A stretch of DNA of 63,961 nucleotides, filler included, from a bacterium (lineage in GTDB: Bacteria > JAMORN01), in the NCBI GenBank assembly GCA_027063545.1. It is 13 parts of 13 records of this genome, joined end to end, with 100 filler letters (N's around TTAATTAATTAA, not from the genome) between each part and the next. Parts side by side here need not be neighbours in the genome. Positions count along the whole stretch, not along the records: positions 21,041 to 26,121 come from JAMORN010000196.1; positions 26,222 to 31,285 come from JAMORN010000197.1; positions 31,386 to 36,386 come from JAMORN010000198.1; 10 more parts are not named here. The stretch is one strand, 5' to 3'. The position numbers and the translations under genes were made by a program. Shown here one piece after another: positions 21,041 to 31,401 of the stretch. Below the pieces are notes generated by a model, which saw nothing but the letters and a program-made list of their open reading frames with translations, was not told the DNA's origin and did not search any database. The stretch's first letter is position 1. Each line of letters opens with the position of its first letter.

Positions 21041-21317
21041 GAAAATCTACATGTAATATCTTATCCCCTAAAGCATCTTTTTGTATATCTTTTATAATAG
21101 CTCTTTTTTCTTTACCATCATTATACTTTAAAACTACAGGAACAACTTCTCCACTCATTTTATGTAACAATCTTAAAAATTCATGTTCACTAAACTTTAT
21201 TTCTTCACTCTCTTTATATTCTTCCGAATATACAATCCCAGGAATTTTTCCCTCTTTTCTAATTTTTTTAGCTTTTACATCTTCCCTTAATTCTACATTC
21301 AACACCAACTCTTCCAT
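21041..21317 (-). CDS. rplY: 50S ribosomal protein L25/Ctc, 3' partial
   Basis: IRKEGKIPGIVY...IIKDIQKD...ILHVDF; AGGAGG RBS. Confidence 0.9.
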
Positions 21318-21383
21318 CTATTCAACTCCTCCTTATAATTTATTTATATAAAAACAAAAAGAAGTATATATAAAAAAATTAAA

Positions 21384-21456
21384 CTGGGCTGGGAGGATTC
21401 GAACCCCCGAATGGCGGGACCAAAACCCGCTGCCTTGCCAGCTTGGCGACAGCCCA
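21384..21456 (-). tRNA. tRNA-Gln(UUG), CCA not encoded
   Basis: TGGGCTGTCGCCAAGCTGGCAAGGCA-GCGGG TTTTGGT CCCGC-CATTCGGGGGTTCGAATCCTCCCAGCCCAG forms a cloverleaf with anticodon TTG. Confidence 0.97.
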
Positions 21457-21482
21457 GTATTATACTTTTTATTCTATAAAAA

Positions 21483-21761
21483 CTATGCAGAAGTTTGACT
21501 ATTTTGTTTTTCTAATTCTTCTTTATAAGCATTTAATATAACTTCTTCCATCTTTTGTCTTGTTTCATTATTAATAGGATGGACTATATCTTCAAATTTT
21601 CCATCCTTTCTTTTTCTATTAGGCATTGATACAAATAATCCATTTTTCCCTTCGATCACTTTTAATCCTCTTACTGCAATTGCATTATCAATTGTAATGT
21701 TTACAAATGCTTTTAATTTCTCTTCATTTTTGATTCTCACTCTTACTTCTGTAATCTCCAT
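21483..21761 (-). CDS. spoVG: Septation regulator SpoVG
   Basis: MEITEVRVR...KLKAFVNITID...KVIEGKNGLFVSMP...FEDIVHPIN. Confidence 0.95.
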   Translation of the reverse strand: MEITEVRVRIKNEEKLKAFVNITIDNAIAVRGLKVIEGKNGLFVSMPNRKRKDGKFEDIVHPINNETRQKMEEVILNAYKEELEKQNSQTSA

Positions 21762-21802
21762 TATAAAGCCTCCAACCTAATGTTAAGTAGTATGTTTGTT
21801 GT

Positions 21803-22681
21803 TTAGTTTATTAATCTTGTTTTATATACTTTATATTCTAAAGATAAATTATTTAAATAATTTTTCCAAATAATTTCTTTATCAGATAAAACTACTAAAG
21901 CAGCCCCGCTACCTGTTAACCATACTTTTTTTACACCATCAATATTCTCTAGTTCTATTTTAAACTTACCTAACTCAGGATTAAGATCATATATAACTTC
22001 TTCAAAACAGTTATATATATTTGAAAGATCTAAACTTCTATCTAATCTATAATCCAAATTTAAGAAGTAATTAAATTTAGTATTTTTTCTTGGTAAAGTC
22101 AATACTTTTTTTAAATTCCCATACGCATCTTTTGTAGATATATGAAGATAAGGCTTTACTACATACATATATTCCTCTATTTTTATTAAAGGAATAGGTT
22201 CAACTACCTCACCTTTTGATAAACAGATAGCACTACCACCATAAAAGAAGAAATTTACATCACTCCCTAAATTTTCTCCTATAGATAATAACTCTTCAAA
22301 ATTTAAAGGATTACCTTCTAATCTATTTAATAGAAGCAAAAAATTAGCAGCGTTAGAAGAACCTCCTCCTAGCCCTGCGCCTGAAGGTATATTCTTCTCT
22401 AAAATTATTGAATACTTATTTTTTATATTGGTATATTCTCTAAATAGTTCTAATGCTTTATATACAATATTTGTTTTATCATCTGGGATTTTACTTGTTG
22501 GGTCTTCTGTTTTATTAATTACCTTTAAACTGTCTCTTTTATCCTTTGATATTACTATTTTATCTTTTATATCTATGGTATTCATAATTGTTCTTACTTC
22601 ATGATAACCATCTTCTCTTTTGTATAAAACCTCAAAGAATAAATTTATTTTAGCGTAACTGAAGCCTTCTATTTTATTCAT
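21803..22681 (-). CDS. ispE: 4-diphosphocytidyl-2-C-methyl-D-erythritol kinase
   Basis: AKINLF...REDGYHE, KNIPSGAGLGGGSSNAA, LGSDVNFF, LTGSG. Confidence 0.95.
   Translation of the reverse strand: MNKIEGFSYAKINLFFEVLYKREDGYHEVRTIMNTIDIKDKIVISKDKRDSLKVINKTEDPTSKIPDDKTNIVYKALELFREYTNIKNKYSIILEKNIPSGAGLGGGSSNAANFLLLLNRLEGNPLNFEELLSIGENLGSDVNFFFYGGSAICLSKGEVVEPIPLIKIEEYMYVVKPYLHISTKDAYGNLKKVLTLPRKNTKFNYFLNLDYRLDRSLDLSNIYNCFEEVIYDLNPELGKFKIELENIDGVKKVWLTGSGAALVVLSDKEIIWKNYLNNLSLEYKVYKTRLIN
22074..22102 (-). promoter_or_regulatory. Putative internal sigma70 promoter within ispE, driving spoVG/tRNA-Gln/rplY
   Basis: TTGACT-N17-TAAATT on the minus strand, in the ispE Leu-Thr codons. Confidence 0.5.
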
Positions 22682-22693
22682 ATTTTATTATCC

Positions 22694-23305
22694 CTAGTTA
22701 GAACCAAAATAAAAAGAAAAACCTATATATGGGACTATAATAATCTCTTTAAACTCTATTGGTTCTGATAAATATATAAAATCCTTATCTCTATTATAAA
22801 AATAACCCCAATTGTAAATAAAACCTCCAGAAGCAAGAAAATATATTCCAAAAATCTTAAATCTTTGAGTCAATCCAACTCCTAAGCCAAAATTTCGATA
22901 ATTATACAATTTTTGTATTTCACTATAATTACCTTCATCAACATATAAACTATCATAATATTCTGTGGTCAATTTCTTTTCAAAAAGCTTATTAAACGAA
23001 GTATATATTGTATATTCCACAAATAAGTTATTAACTATTTTTCTATCATAAGATAACTTAGCCACAAAGTTGATATTTGTATTTAAATCAAAATTAAAAT
23101 TACTACCTATGTAAAAAAATCCATCCTTTAAATTCTTGCCTAAGAGCATTCCATATATAGCAAATCCAGGAGAATAAGTTTTGCTAGCATAACTTTTATT
23201 GGTAAAATAACCAAATAAAGTACCATTGTTCTCTTCTGAAAATACTTTATTAATCAAAATAGTATTCAAAATAAATACAATCAAAAAAAATTTTACTCTC
23301 TTCAT
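22694..23305 (-). CDS. Hypothetical exported protein, probable small outer-membrane beta-barrel
   Basis: Signal peptide; alternating aromatic beta-strands; C-terminal PYIGFSFYF. Confidence 0.6.
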   Translation of the reverse strand: MKRVKFFLIVFILNTILINKVFSEENNGTLFGYFTNKSYASKTYSPGFAIYGMLLGKNLKDGFFYIGSNFNFDLNTNINFVAKLSYDRKIVNNLFVEYTIYTSFNKLFEKKLTTEYYDSLYVDEGNYSEIQKLYNYRNFGLGVGLTQRFKIFGIYFLASGGFIYNWGYFYNRDKDFIYLSEPIEFKEIIIVPYIGFSFYFGSN

Positions 23306-23814
23306 CTTAAAAATATCAACCCTATTCTAAAAGTTTGAAATCCTTTATAATTGTAGTCTTCTTCTTTATATATAGTGCTGACTATATCATAATTAAACAT
23401 AAAATTTCGTGTTATTTTTATATTATAACTTACAACAAACCCTGCATAGTAATGATATGTATCCTCTTTTCTATATACAAATATATCACCTGTTTTATAT
23501 AATTTAATTCCTGAAACCAATCCCAAATATAAATTATTAGAAAAACGCTTTTTATAAGATAAAGTTAGATTAAAGTAAGTAGGTAAACTATCGCCTTCTA
23601 TTTTGGAAAAATAAAATCCTGAAATATCAAAGTAAAAACTATTTCTTATAATTCTATAAATAATACCATTATCCAATTTTGTACTTAATCCTATCCCATA
23701 TCCTTCTTTATAATTAGAATAATCTGTCTTATAATTGCTCTCTTTAGCTATTAATATAAAATAACCTACAAATACATATATCAACATAAAAAAACTAAGT
23801 CTTTTCATATACAA
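23302..23814 (-). CDS. Hypothetical exported protein, probable small outer-membrane beta-barrel
   Basis: Signal peptide; YGIGL...GIIYR strands; C-terminal FRIGLIFLR. Confidence 0.55.
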   Translation of the reverse strand: MYMKRLSFFMLIYVFVGYFILIAKESNYKTDYSNYKEGYGIGLSTKLDNGIIYRIIRNSFYFDISGFYFSKIEGDSLPTYFNLTLSYKKRFSNNLYLGLVSGIKLYKTGDIFVYRKEDTYHYYAGFVVSYNIKITRNFMFNYDIVSTIYKEEDYNYKGFQTFRIGLIFLR

Positions 23815-25927
23815 TATTTTCTAATTTTCCTAAATATTCAAATAAATCTTTTATTAATTTTAAAGTAGCCAATCTATTTATTTTTAATTTTTCATCATTA
23901 ACCATAACCATTACATTATTAAAATAATCCTCAAGGGGCTGGCTAAACAATAATAAACTCTCTATAGTCCCTTTTATATCTTTATTATTTATCTTATTTG
24001 CTATATCCCTTTCTATTGTCTTATAAACTTCATAAAGTTTTTTCTCTTTCTCTTCTTTTAATAGATTTAAATCAAAACTTAAACTATTAAGATCCAATTT
24101 TGACTTCTCTAAAATATTTTTTAATCTCTTATATGAATAAATTAATTTTTCAAACTCCTTCTTTGATTTAAAATCCTTCAATAAATCAATAATTTTCATA
24201 GATAAAATAGGTTCATCGAAAAATTTGTCCTTTATCACATCAATTAGATCATAACTATAACCTTTTTCCTGTAGATAGCTATCTAATCTAATAGCAAAAA
24301 ATTCCCTTATTTTATCTTTCATCTCTTCAAGAGTTAATTCTTTTTTCTTATGAATTAATTTAAAACCTTTTTCCATATAATGTTGTATTGAAATTTCAAA
24401 TATTTTATTTAAAGATATATCTAATTCTTTTTCTATTATATATCTTATAATTCCTAAACTATGACGTCTTAATGAATAAGGATCTTTACTTCCAGAAGGT
24501 AATTTATTTATTATAAAAAATCCTACTATTGTATCTATTTTATCAAAAAAACCAACAATTAATCCCTCTTTAGTCGTTGGTAAAATATCTCCAGAATATC
24601 TAGGGAAATAATGTTCTTCAATTGCATAGGCCACGTTCTTTTTCTCACCTTGTTTTAAAGCATAAATTTTCCCCATATAACCCTGTAAATCTGTAAACTC
24701 TTTTTCAGATACCATATTGGTAACCAAATCATTTTTATATAGATCAAAAACTCTTATTATATTCTCCTTTTCATCTTCAGTTAAATAGGAATCTAATAAA
24801 TATAAATTTTTTTGATATAGCTCCTTAGTTCTCTCTACTTTTTCATACATAGAACCTAATGTTTTTTCAAATAATACACCTTTTAACTTTTCTTTTAAAG
24901 AAATAAGTGGAACTTTTAGATCTTCATTATAAAAAAACAAAGCATCATTTAATCTAGCTTTTATTACTTTTTCTGTACCTTTTTTTACATTATTAACGTA
25001 TTTTTCATTTAAATCATAAACAAAGATATAATATCCCAATAATTTATTATCATCTTTAGAAAATAAGGTAAAATATTTCTGATTTATAGCTATAGAATTT
25101 GTTAAAACTTGATCTGGTAATTCTAAAAATTTATCATCTATTTTATTATAGTCAACATTCGCATATTCTGTTAAAAAAACATTCTCCCATATTAAATCAC
25201 TTGGAGAATAATAACTATTAAATTTATCTGCTATTTTTTCTATAGAATCTTTTATCTTTGTAAATCTTCTATTGTGATCTACAATCACATTATTTTGTTC
25301 TAGAATTTTTTCAAAATTCTCTGCCCTATCTATTAAAATCTTTTTATTACCTAAAAACCTAACACTATATGAATATTTATCACTTACCACAATATCTTCA
25401 AAATTAATATGAATCAATTCTTCTCCAAATAAAGCCAATATCCATCTTATGGGTCTAACAAAACTTATCTTCTTTGTTGTCCATCTCATTGTTTTAGGGA
25501 ATATAAGTCTTTCTTTTATAAAAGATGAAAAAGTTTTTGAAACAACATCTTTAATATCATCTTGTGACAGGATTTTTTTAGCCACTATATATATACCTTT
25601 ATTAGTTTCTTTTTCTGATAAATCTTCTAATGTTAAAGAATTCTTTTTTAAAAAACTTTCTAGTGCTTTTGTAGGATTACCCTTATTATCAAAAGCTATA
25701 TTTTTGGGAGGACCCTGTATTTCTACCTCTAATTGCTTTTGTTTTTCATTTACCCTTTCAGCTATAAAAACCAATCTCCTAGGTGTTGCATAGAAAATAG
25801 CCTCTTTATAGTCGATTCTATTATTATCCAAATATTCTATAAAATCTTTTTTAAATTTTTCTTTATTAGATTCTAAAAATCTTGCAGGTATTTCTTCAAC
25901 ACCTACCTCTATTAAAAGTCTTTTCAT
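23795..25927 (-). CDS. glyS: Glycine--tRNA ligase beta subunit
   Basis: LLIEVGVEEIPA, ATPRRL, PKTMRW, FVRPIRW, ARLNDALFFY, EFTDLQGYMG, GSKDPYSLRR; start ATG 25927 with AGGAG RBS. Confidence 0.97.
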   Translation of the reverse strand: MKRLLIEVGVEEIPARFLESNKEKFKKDFIEYLDNNRIDYKEAIFYATPRRLVFIAERVNEKQKQLEVEIQGPPKNIAFDNKGNPTKALESFLKKNSLTLEDLSEKETNKGIYIVAKKILSQDDIKDVVSKTFSSFIKERLIFPKTMRWTTKKISFVRPIRWILALFGEELIHINFEDIVVSDKYSYSVRFLGNKKILIDRAENFEKILEQNNVIVDHNRRFTKIKDSIEKIADKFNSYYSPSDLIWENVFLTEYANVDYNKIDDKFLELPDQVLTNSIAINQKYFTLFSKDDNKLLGYYIFVYDLNEKYVNNVKKGTEKVIKARLNDALFFYNEDLKVPLISLKEKLKGVLFEKTLGSMYEKVERTKELYQKNLYLLDSYLTEDEKENIIRVFDLYKNDLVTNMVSEKEFTDLQGYMGKIYALKQGEKKNVAYAIEEHYFPRYSGDILPTTKEGLIVGFFDKIDTIVGFFIINKLPSGSKDPYSLRRHSLGIIRYIIEKELDISLNKIFEISIQHYMEKGFKLIHKKKELTLEEMKDKIREFFAIRLDSYLQEKGYSYDLIDVIKDKFFDEPILSMKIIDLLKDFKSKKEFEKLIYSYKRLKNILEKSKLDLNSLSFDLNLLKEEKEKKLYEVYKTIERDIANKINNKDIKGTIESLLLFSQPLEDYFNNVMVMVNDEKLKINRLATLKLIKDLFEYLGKLENIVYEKT

Positions 25928-25947
25928 CTTTTTATATCTCCTTTTTT

Positions 25948-26121
25948 TTAAAACCAAAAAATAAGTCCTAGATTTAAATAATTCAACGTATATATCAGGT
26001 AAAAATTTTTCTTTTCGGGTAAATCTTTCTCAAACTTTCTTAAATTTTCATCTATAGAAAATATATAATTAAATTCTAATGATAATCCTGCCCCTATAAT
26101 TATACTAAAATTTTCATATCC
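25948..26121 (-). CDS. C-terminal fragment of a probable outer-membrane beta-barrel protein
   Basis: Open frame GYENFSIIIGAGLSLEFNY...YLNLGLIFWF* ending in an aromatic beta-signal. Confidence 0.55.
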   Translation of the reverse strand, partial: GYENFSIIIGAGLSLEFNYIFSIDENLRKFEKDLPEKKNFYLIYTLNYLNLGLIFWF

Positions 26122-26221
26122 NNNNNNNNNNNNNNNNNNNNNNNNNNNNNNNNNNNNNNNNNNNNTTAATTAATTAANNNNNNNNNNNNNNNNNNNNNNN
26201 NNNNNNNNNNNNNNNNNNNNN

Positions 26222-27931
26222 AGAACCTTCAACAACAGGAGCTTCAAGTTGTATTGTAGTTGGAAGACCAATAATTTCTATTTTAAATATATTTTTATCG
26301 TTAATCATTGTTGTGTCATAAATCGATGAATCTCTGTATTCAGGTTCAATTTTACTACTTATAAAAGGTTTTTGGGTAGGATCTGGTATGATTAAATATT
26401 TATTATCATATATATTATCTAAGATTATATTATCATTCAAATCTGATATTTCAAGTAAATATGCATAAGAATAGTTTGAATTAGTAGGAAAATATACCTT
26501 TTCATTATTAATATTATATCTAAAAACTCTGATTTTCAAAAAAGCTAAATCATCATAATTATAAAGATTTAATCTATAAACATTGTACCACATATACTGA
26601 AAACATACATCACTTGTTGTAAGTTCTGAAGAAATAGGTTTTATAAGTTTCAATGTATATGTACTATCAGAAGACTCAGGAATACTTCCAAATTCTTCGC
26701 CATCTAAGGTTTTATAATATACTGCAATAATAGAGGAGGAACTAACCCCAAGTTCGTCATCAAGAACTATAAATCCTTTGTTAACATCTATTGTATAATA
26801 TTCTGAAGGGATCAGATAAAAGTCATCTCTATATTCAAAGTTTTCATCATATTTAGGAAATCTTGAGTATTGGGCTTTTATTTTTATAAATCCTTCTCTT
26901 TCACTTATTCCAGAGATAAATAATTTAAAACTATTAGGGTCTATTTGTTTATTTTCAGGTATAGGTATTTGATGTCTAAAGCTATTGGAATATAATGTAT
27001 CTAAAAAGAAAAATATATACTTTTCATAGTTTCCAGTTTCTATTATTGTTGAACTAGAATCAGCTGTATAGACTTTTTCTATTGCAGAACCTTTATCACT
27101 CCCCCAGAACATAACATTTTTTAAATATCCAAATTTTGTAGCAAGCCTTATTCCCCACAGATTATTAAATCCTCCTAGATTTATAAGTTCAAGATTAGGA
27201 ATGTTTATATTTAAATGGTTACTAAGTCTTATCTCTTGGATAATATCATCTTCTAATTGACTACTATCAATAGAACCATAAATTATATCAAAATAAACAT
27301 TGTCTCCAATATTTGATAGATCTTGAGTTTTAACACTGGTTTTTACCCTTAATTTTGTTCCTATTTTTATATTTGCCTCAAAGTTAAAGTTTGGTTCAAA
27401 TTTAGGTTCTCCAGTAGTTGATGATCCAGTCTCCTGACTTTCTAAGTTGCTATAGTAGGTCTGAGTATAACCAGCAAGAAGGGAAGCATTAAGTTTTAAT
27501 CCAAATTCTCCACCACCAGGACCAAATATAGTATTTCCCATTTGATTGATTTTTCCAAACTTTAAGTGGATTCCATATTTGTTTATTTTTCTATATTTAT
27601 ATTTATATCCTTTTTGAGACATTGATTTAATGAGGTATTCTCTTTGATATTGGTATAAGTCGTTTAAATAGTCGTAGAGTTCTGTGTAAGGATATATAAA
27701 AATAGGAATAGTATCTTTTTGATATATGAAAACTTTAGAGATACTTACTTGTCTATTTTCAAAGTCAATATTTACAATGGTTTTTATTCTATGGGATTTT
27801 CTAGGTTCAAGTATATTATATTTAACAGGATAAAATTCTTCTATAGGATTGTAAGTTGTATAAATAGTAGAATATACTACTCTTACAAGGCTTATTAATA
27901 AACAAAAAAATAGCAGTGATTTTTTTATCAT
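26222..27931 (-). CDS. sprA: SprA/Sov-like T9SS translocon protein, N-terminal part (3' partial)
   Basis: Signal peptide; IFGPGG, EDDIIQEIRL, LWGIRLATKFGYL, GFIVL...IIAVYY, LKLIKP, YMWYNVYRL, VVEGS resemble SprA N-terminal blocks. Confidence 0.72.
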
Positions 27932-27994
27932 AATAAACAAAAATAGTTTTTAAGAAAAGAAAAATAAAGATATATAAGAACTTAATTGCTTTTT

Positions 27995-29008
27995 TTAGAA
28001 GATTGAAAAAAGTGAAGAAGAGCCTTTAATTTTAGAATAGAATTTTACATTTATAATAAAATTTTTTATTAATATAGATGGTTTAAACATAACCCTGACA
28101 CTATCAGAAGCAATAGTATCACTAACGGTTTTTGAAAGAGGTAAAGGAGCAAAAGAAGAATCATTAGAGTTAGTATCAGGAAGTACAGGAATATTACCTT
28201 CAAAATCAACAAGTTTTGTGGTTATTAGTATTGAATAATTAGAGTCAGGATTGTCTATAAAATATTCTATAATAGGAATGTTGGCATAAAAAATATTTTT
28301 ATTTTTTTCACATCTCCCCCAAAATATATTATTTATATAAAGTAATACCTCTTGAGTTGATGAAAAATTTTGTTTATTTACTCCTATTAGTTTTATATAT
28401 GGATCAGCAACTATAGCGATATTTGAATCTCCTAATATATCAAAAGAAATGTTGTTAGGGTATGGATAAAGTATTTCAAATTTAGAAGAATTTTCTAATG
28501 AGATTGAATCGTTAAAAAACTCAGTATAAACAAGAGAATCAATAGCATTTTTTACTACAATATATATTATAGAAGTTTTTAGCATTTTAAACAAAAATCC
28601 TTTTTTGGAAATAGAGATTGAATCAATAATTAAAGAATCCTGAGGTAAAATTTTACCTTTACCTATGTTTATTGTTAGTGAAGAGTCATTCCATCTAGAT
28701 TGCCTTTGAAAATAATATCTTGGTTGATTAACTTTTGCTTCACCTTTTAAACATATCATTACTTCAAAATCCAAAGAATAAGAATGGGATATATTTTTTA
28801 AAATATATCTTATACTATCAACTATACTTGCAGTATCAACCTCATCTCTTGGTTCATTTTCTATAGCTATTTCAACATATCCTTCATATACTCCTGTTGT
28901 AGGAACATACATATTTATTTCTTTTGTTTCTGTTTCTATATAAGTAGAGCAACTATAGAAAAAGATTAAAATTGAAAGAATAAATATCATTGTTTTGATT
29001 CTTAACAT
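27995..29008 (-). CDS. Hypothetical lipoprotein
   Basis: Lipobox FFYS-C; beta-rich; co-oriented upstream of sprA. Confidence 0.7.
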   Translation of the reverse strand: MLRIKTMIFILSILIFFYSCSTYIETETKEINMYVPTTGVYEGYVEIAIENEPRDEVDTASIVDSIRYILKNISHSYSLDFEVMICLKGEAKVNQPRYYFQRQSRWNDSSLTINIGKGKILPQDSLIIDSISISKKGFLFKMLKTSIIYIVVKNAIDSLVYTEFFNDSISLENSSKFEILYPYPNNISFDILGDSNIAIVADPYIKLIGVNKQNFSSTQEVLLYINNIFWGRCEKNKNIFYANIPIIEYFIDNPDSNYSILITTKLVDFEGNIPVLPDTNSNDSSFAPLPLSKTVSDTIASDSVRVMFKPSILIKNFIINVKFYSKIKGSSSLFSIF

Positions 29009-29036
29009 TTTTTCTCTACCGTTTTTATTTTTAGAT

Positions 29037-29768
29037 TTAAAAATTTATAAATATCTCTATATAAGGTATAAAATAAAATTTATATACTTTTCCTACATCA
29101 ATATAAAAATCCGAAAAGATTCCGCCAAATAATAAATTAAAATGGAAGAAATTTATATAATAAAAATTTTCTAAGGAGGCCTTTATTCCATCTATATATT
29201 CTAGATCTAATCCTAAATAAGGCTGAATATTTAATTTTTTTATAGATATATCTTTATATATTCCATTTGAAAATTTTAAGCCTATATTATTAGTGGTATC
29301 AGAAATTAGATATAACATAGATATTGAAGATGAAATATTTATAGATTCTAAGTTTTTAATATAAAAGTAAAAAATTTCATTATAATTTAAAGAACCTTGT
29401 AAGTTTAAAATTTTTATACCTTTATCCTCTAACTTTTCATTTATATTATGTACTAATGAATCATCCACAGATATATAAAACAGATGATAACCAAATCCTT
29501 GATTTTTTTTTAAAGAATATATTAAACTATAACTACCAATATTTATATAATCTGTTGTATTTAAATAAATAAAAAGAGGCGAGGTTTTAAACTTTAAAGA
29601 AGATGTTTTAAATTTTTTATTTAGAGTAATGTGGGAGATCCCAATTTCTAAAGAATTTTTAGATATAAAGTCGTAATAAAAACATAAAACTAATTTTGGT
29701 TTTAAAATAGTTACAAATAAAAAAGCAAAAAAAATATAATTTATCCACTTATATTTTAAGTTTCTCAT
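29037..29768 (-). CDS. Hypothetical exported protein, possible divergent outer-membrane beta-barrel (PorV-like?)
   Basis: N-terminal hydrophobic signal, amphipathic aromatic strands, C-terminal Phe (IPYIEIFINF). Confidence 0.5.
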   Translation of the reverse strand: MRNLKYKWINYIFFAFLFVTILKPKLVLCFYYDFISKNSLEIGISHITLNKKFKTSSLKFKTSPLFIYLNTTDYINIGSYSLIYSLKKNQGFGYHLFYISVDDSLVHNINEKLEDKGIKILNLQGSLNYNEIFYFYIKNLESINISSSISMLYLISDTTNNIGLKFSNGIYKDISIKKLNIQPYLGLDLEYIDGIKASLENFYYINFFHFNLLFGGIFSDFYIDVGKVYKFYFIPYIEIFINF

Positions 29769-29851
29769 TATATTTTATTCTTTTTACTTTAAAATAAATT
29801 TTTATTTTTCTATAAACAATAGTATTAAATTTATTGTTAAGGGAAAGTATT

Positions 29852-30340
29852 ATGCTAAATCTAAAAGACTTAAGAATAGGACAGGGATTTGATGTTCATA
29901 GATTCAAAGAAGGTCGAGATATGTATATTTGTGGAGTAAAAATAGACTATAAACTAGGACTTGATGGCCATTCTGATGCAGATGTTGGAATTCACGCTAT
30001 AATGGATGCTATATTAGGAGCAGCTGGACTTAGAGATATAGGTTATTATTTTCCTGATACTGATGAGAAATATAAAGGAATAGATTCAAAAAAACTTTTA
30101 TCAAATGTTTTAAATTTAATAGAGAAAGATGGATGGAAGATTTTAAATATAGATATTACAATTATAGCTCAAAAACCTAAACTTTCTCCCTATATAGAAA
30201 AAATGAAAATAGTTTTAAGTGATATTTTAAAATTAGATAGGGATAGAATTTCAATTAAAGCAACAACAACTGAAAAGTTAGGTTTCACAGGAAGAGAAGA
30301 GGGTATTGCAGCATTAGCTGTGGTGTTATTATATAAATAG
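29852..30340 (+). CDS. ispF: 2-C-methyl-D-erythritol 2,4-cyclodiphosphate synthase
   Basis: RIGQGFDVH, GHSDADV, DIGYYFPDTD, KATTTEKLGFTGREEGIAA. Confidence 0.98.
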   Translation: MLNLKDLRIGQGFDVHRFKEGRDMYICGVKIDYKLGLDGHSDADVGIHAIMDAILGAAGLRDIGYYFPDTDEKYKGIDSKKLLSNVLNLIEKDGWKILNIDITIIAQKPKLSPYIEKMKIVLSDILKLDRDRISIKATTTEKLGFTGREEGIAALAVVLLYK

Positions 30341-30344
30341 AGTA

Positions 30345-31285
30345 ATGCTTTTTATGGAAGAGGTTTTTTATATAGGATTGAGTTTTTTTAAAAATATTGG
30401 GGTTATTAATTTTCATAAAATTTTAAATGAATTTAGAGATTTAAAAACATTTTTTTCTTTAGATTATGAGGATATAGAATATTTAGGATTTATAGATAGA
30501 GGAGATTGGGAGAGAAAAAATAATTATTTAGAACAAGCAGAAGTTATTCTTAATCAATCAAAAAAAGATGATATAAAAATTTTATTGTATAAAGACGATT
30601 TATATCCAGAAATTTTAAAATCCATTTATGATCCACCTCCGTTTTTATTCTATAAAGGAGATATTAATTTACTAAATAATGAAAAATTGATTGCAGTAGT
30701 AGGTACAAGAAAGCCTACGTTTTACGGTGAAAAGGTTACTTCTTTTTTAGTGAAGCAAATGGTTGAAAATAATATCGTTATTGTATCGGGATTGGCATTA
30801 GGAATAGATAGTATTGCTCATAAAAAAGCAATAGAAAATAAAGGGAAAACTATTGCTGTGTTAGGCTCAGGTGTTGGGGTAGTCTATCCATCTTCAAATA
30901 AAAAATTATATGAGGATATTTTAAAAAATAAAGGGCTTATAATTTCAGAGTTTTTACCTTATCAAAAACCAATACCTGCAAATTTTCCAAGAAGAAATAG
31001 AATTATTTCAGGTATTTCTAAAGGAGTAGTTTTGGTAGAATCAAAAGAAAAAGGTGGAGGAATGATAACAGTAAATTATGCTTTAGAACAGGGAAGAGAA
31101 GTCTTTGTAGTACCAGGTAGTATTTTTTCAGAGTATTCTAAAGGCCCGAATATTTTAATTTCCATGGGAGCAATCCCTATAGTTGATGGAGTTAATGATA
31201 TTTTAAGAGAGTTTAATTGGGATAAAAATGAATTATTTAAACAAGAGGATAAAAAAATAGATTTAACAGATGAAGAAAAAATTAT
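30345..31285 (+). CDS. dprA: DNA-processing protein DprA, 3' partial
   Basis: IYDPPPFLFYKG, AVVGTRKPT, VSGLALGIDSIAH, FPRRNRIISG, EQGREVF. Confidence 0.96.
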
Positions 31286-31401
31286 NNNNNNNNNNNNNNN
31301 NNNNNNNNNNNNNNNNNNNNNNNNNNNNNTTAATTAATTAANNNNNNNNNNNNNNNNNNNNNNNNNNNNNNNNNNNNNNNNNNNNAGTTTTAAAAGGAGT
31401 A

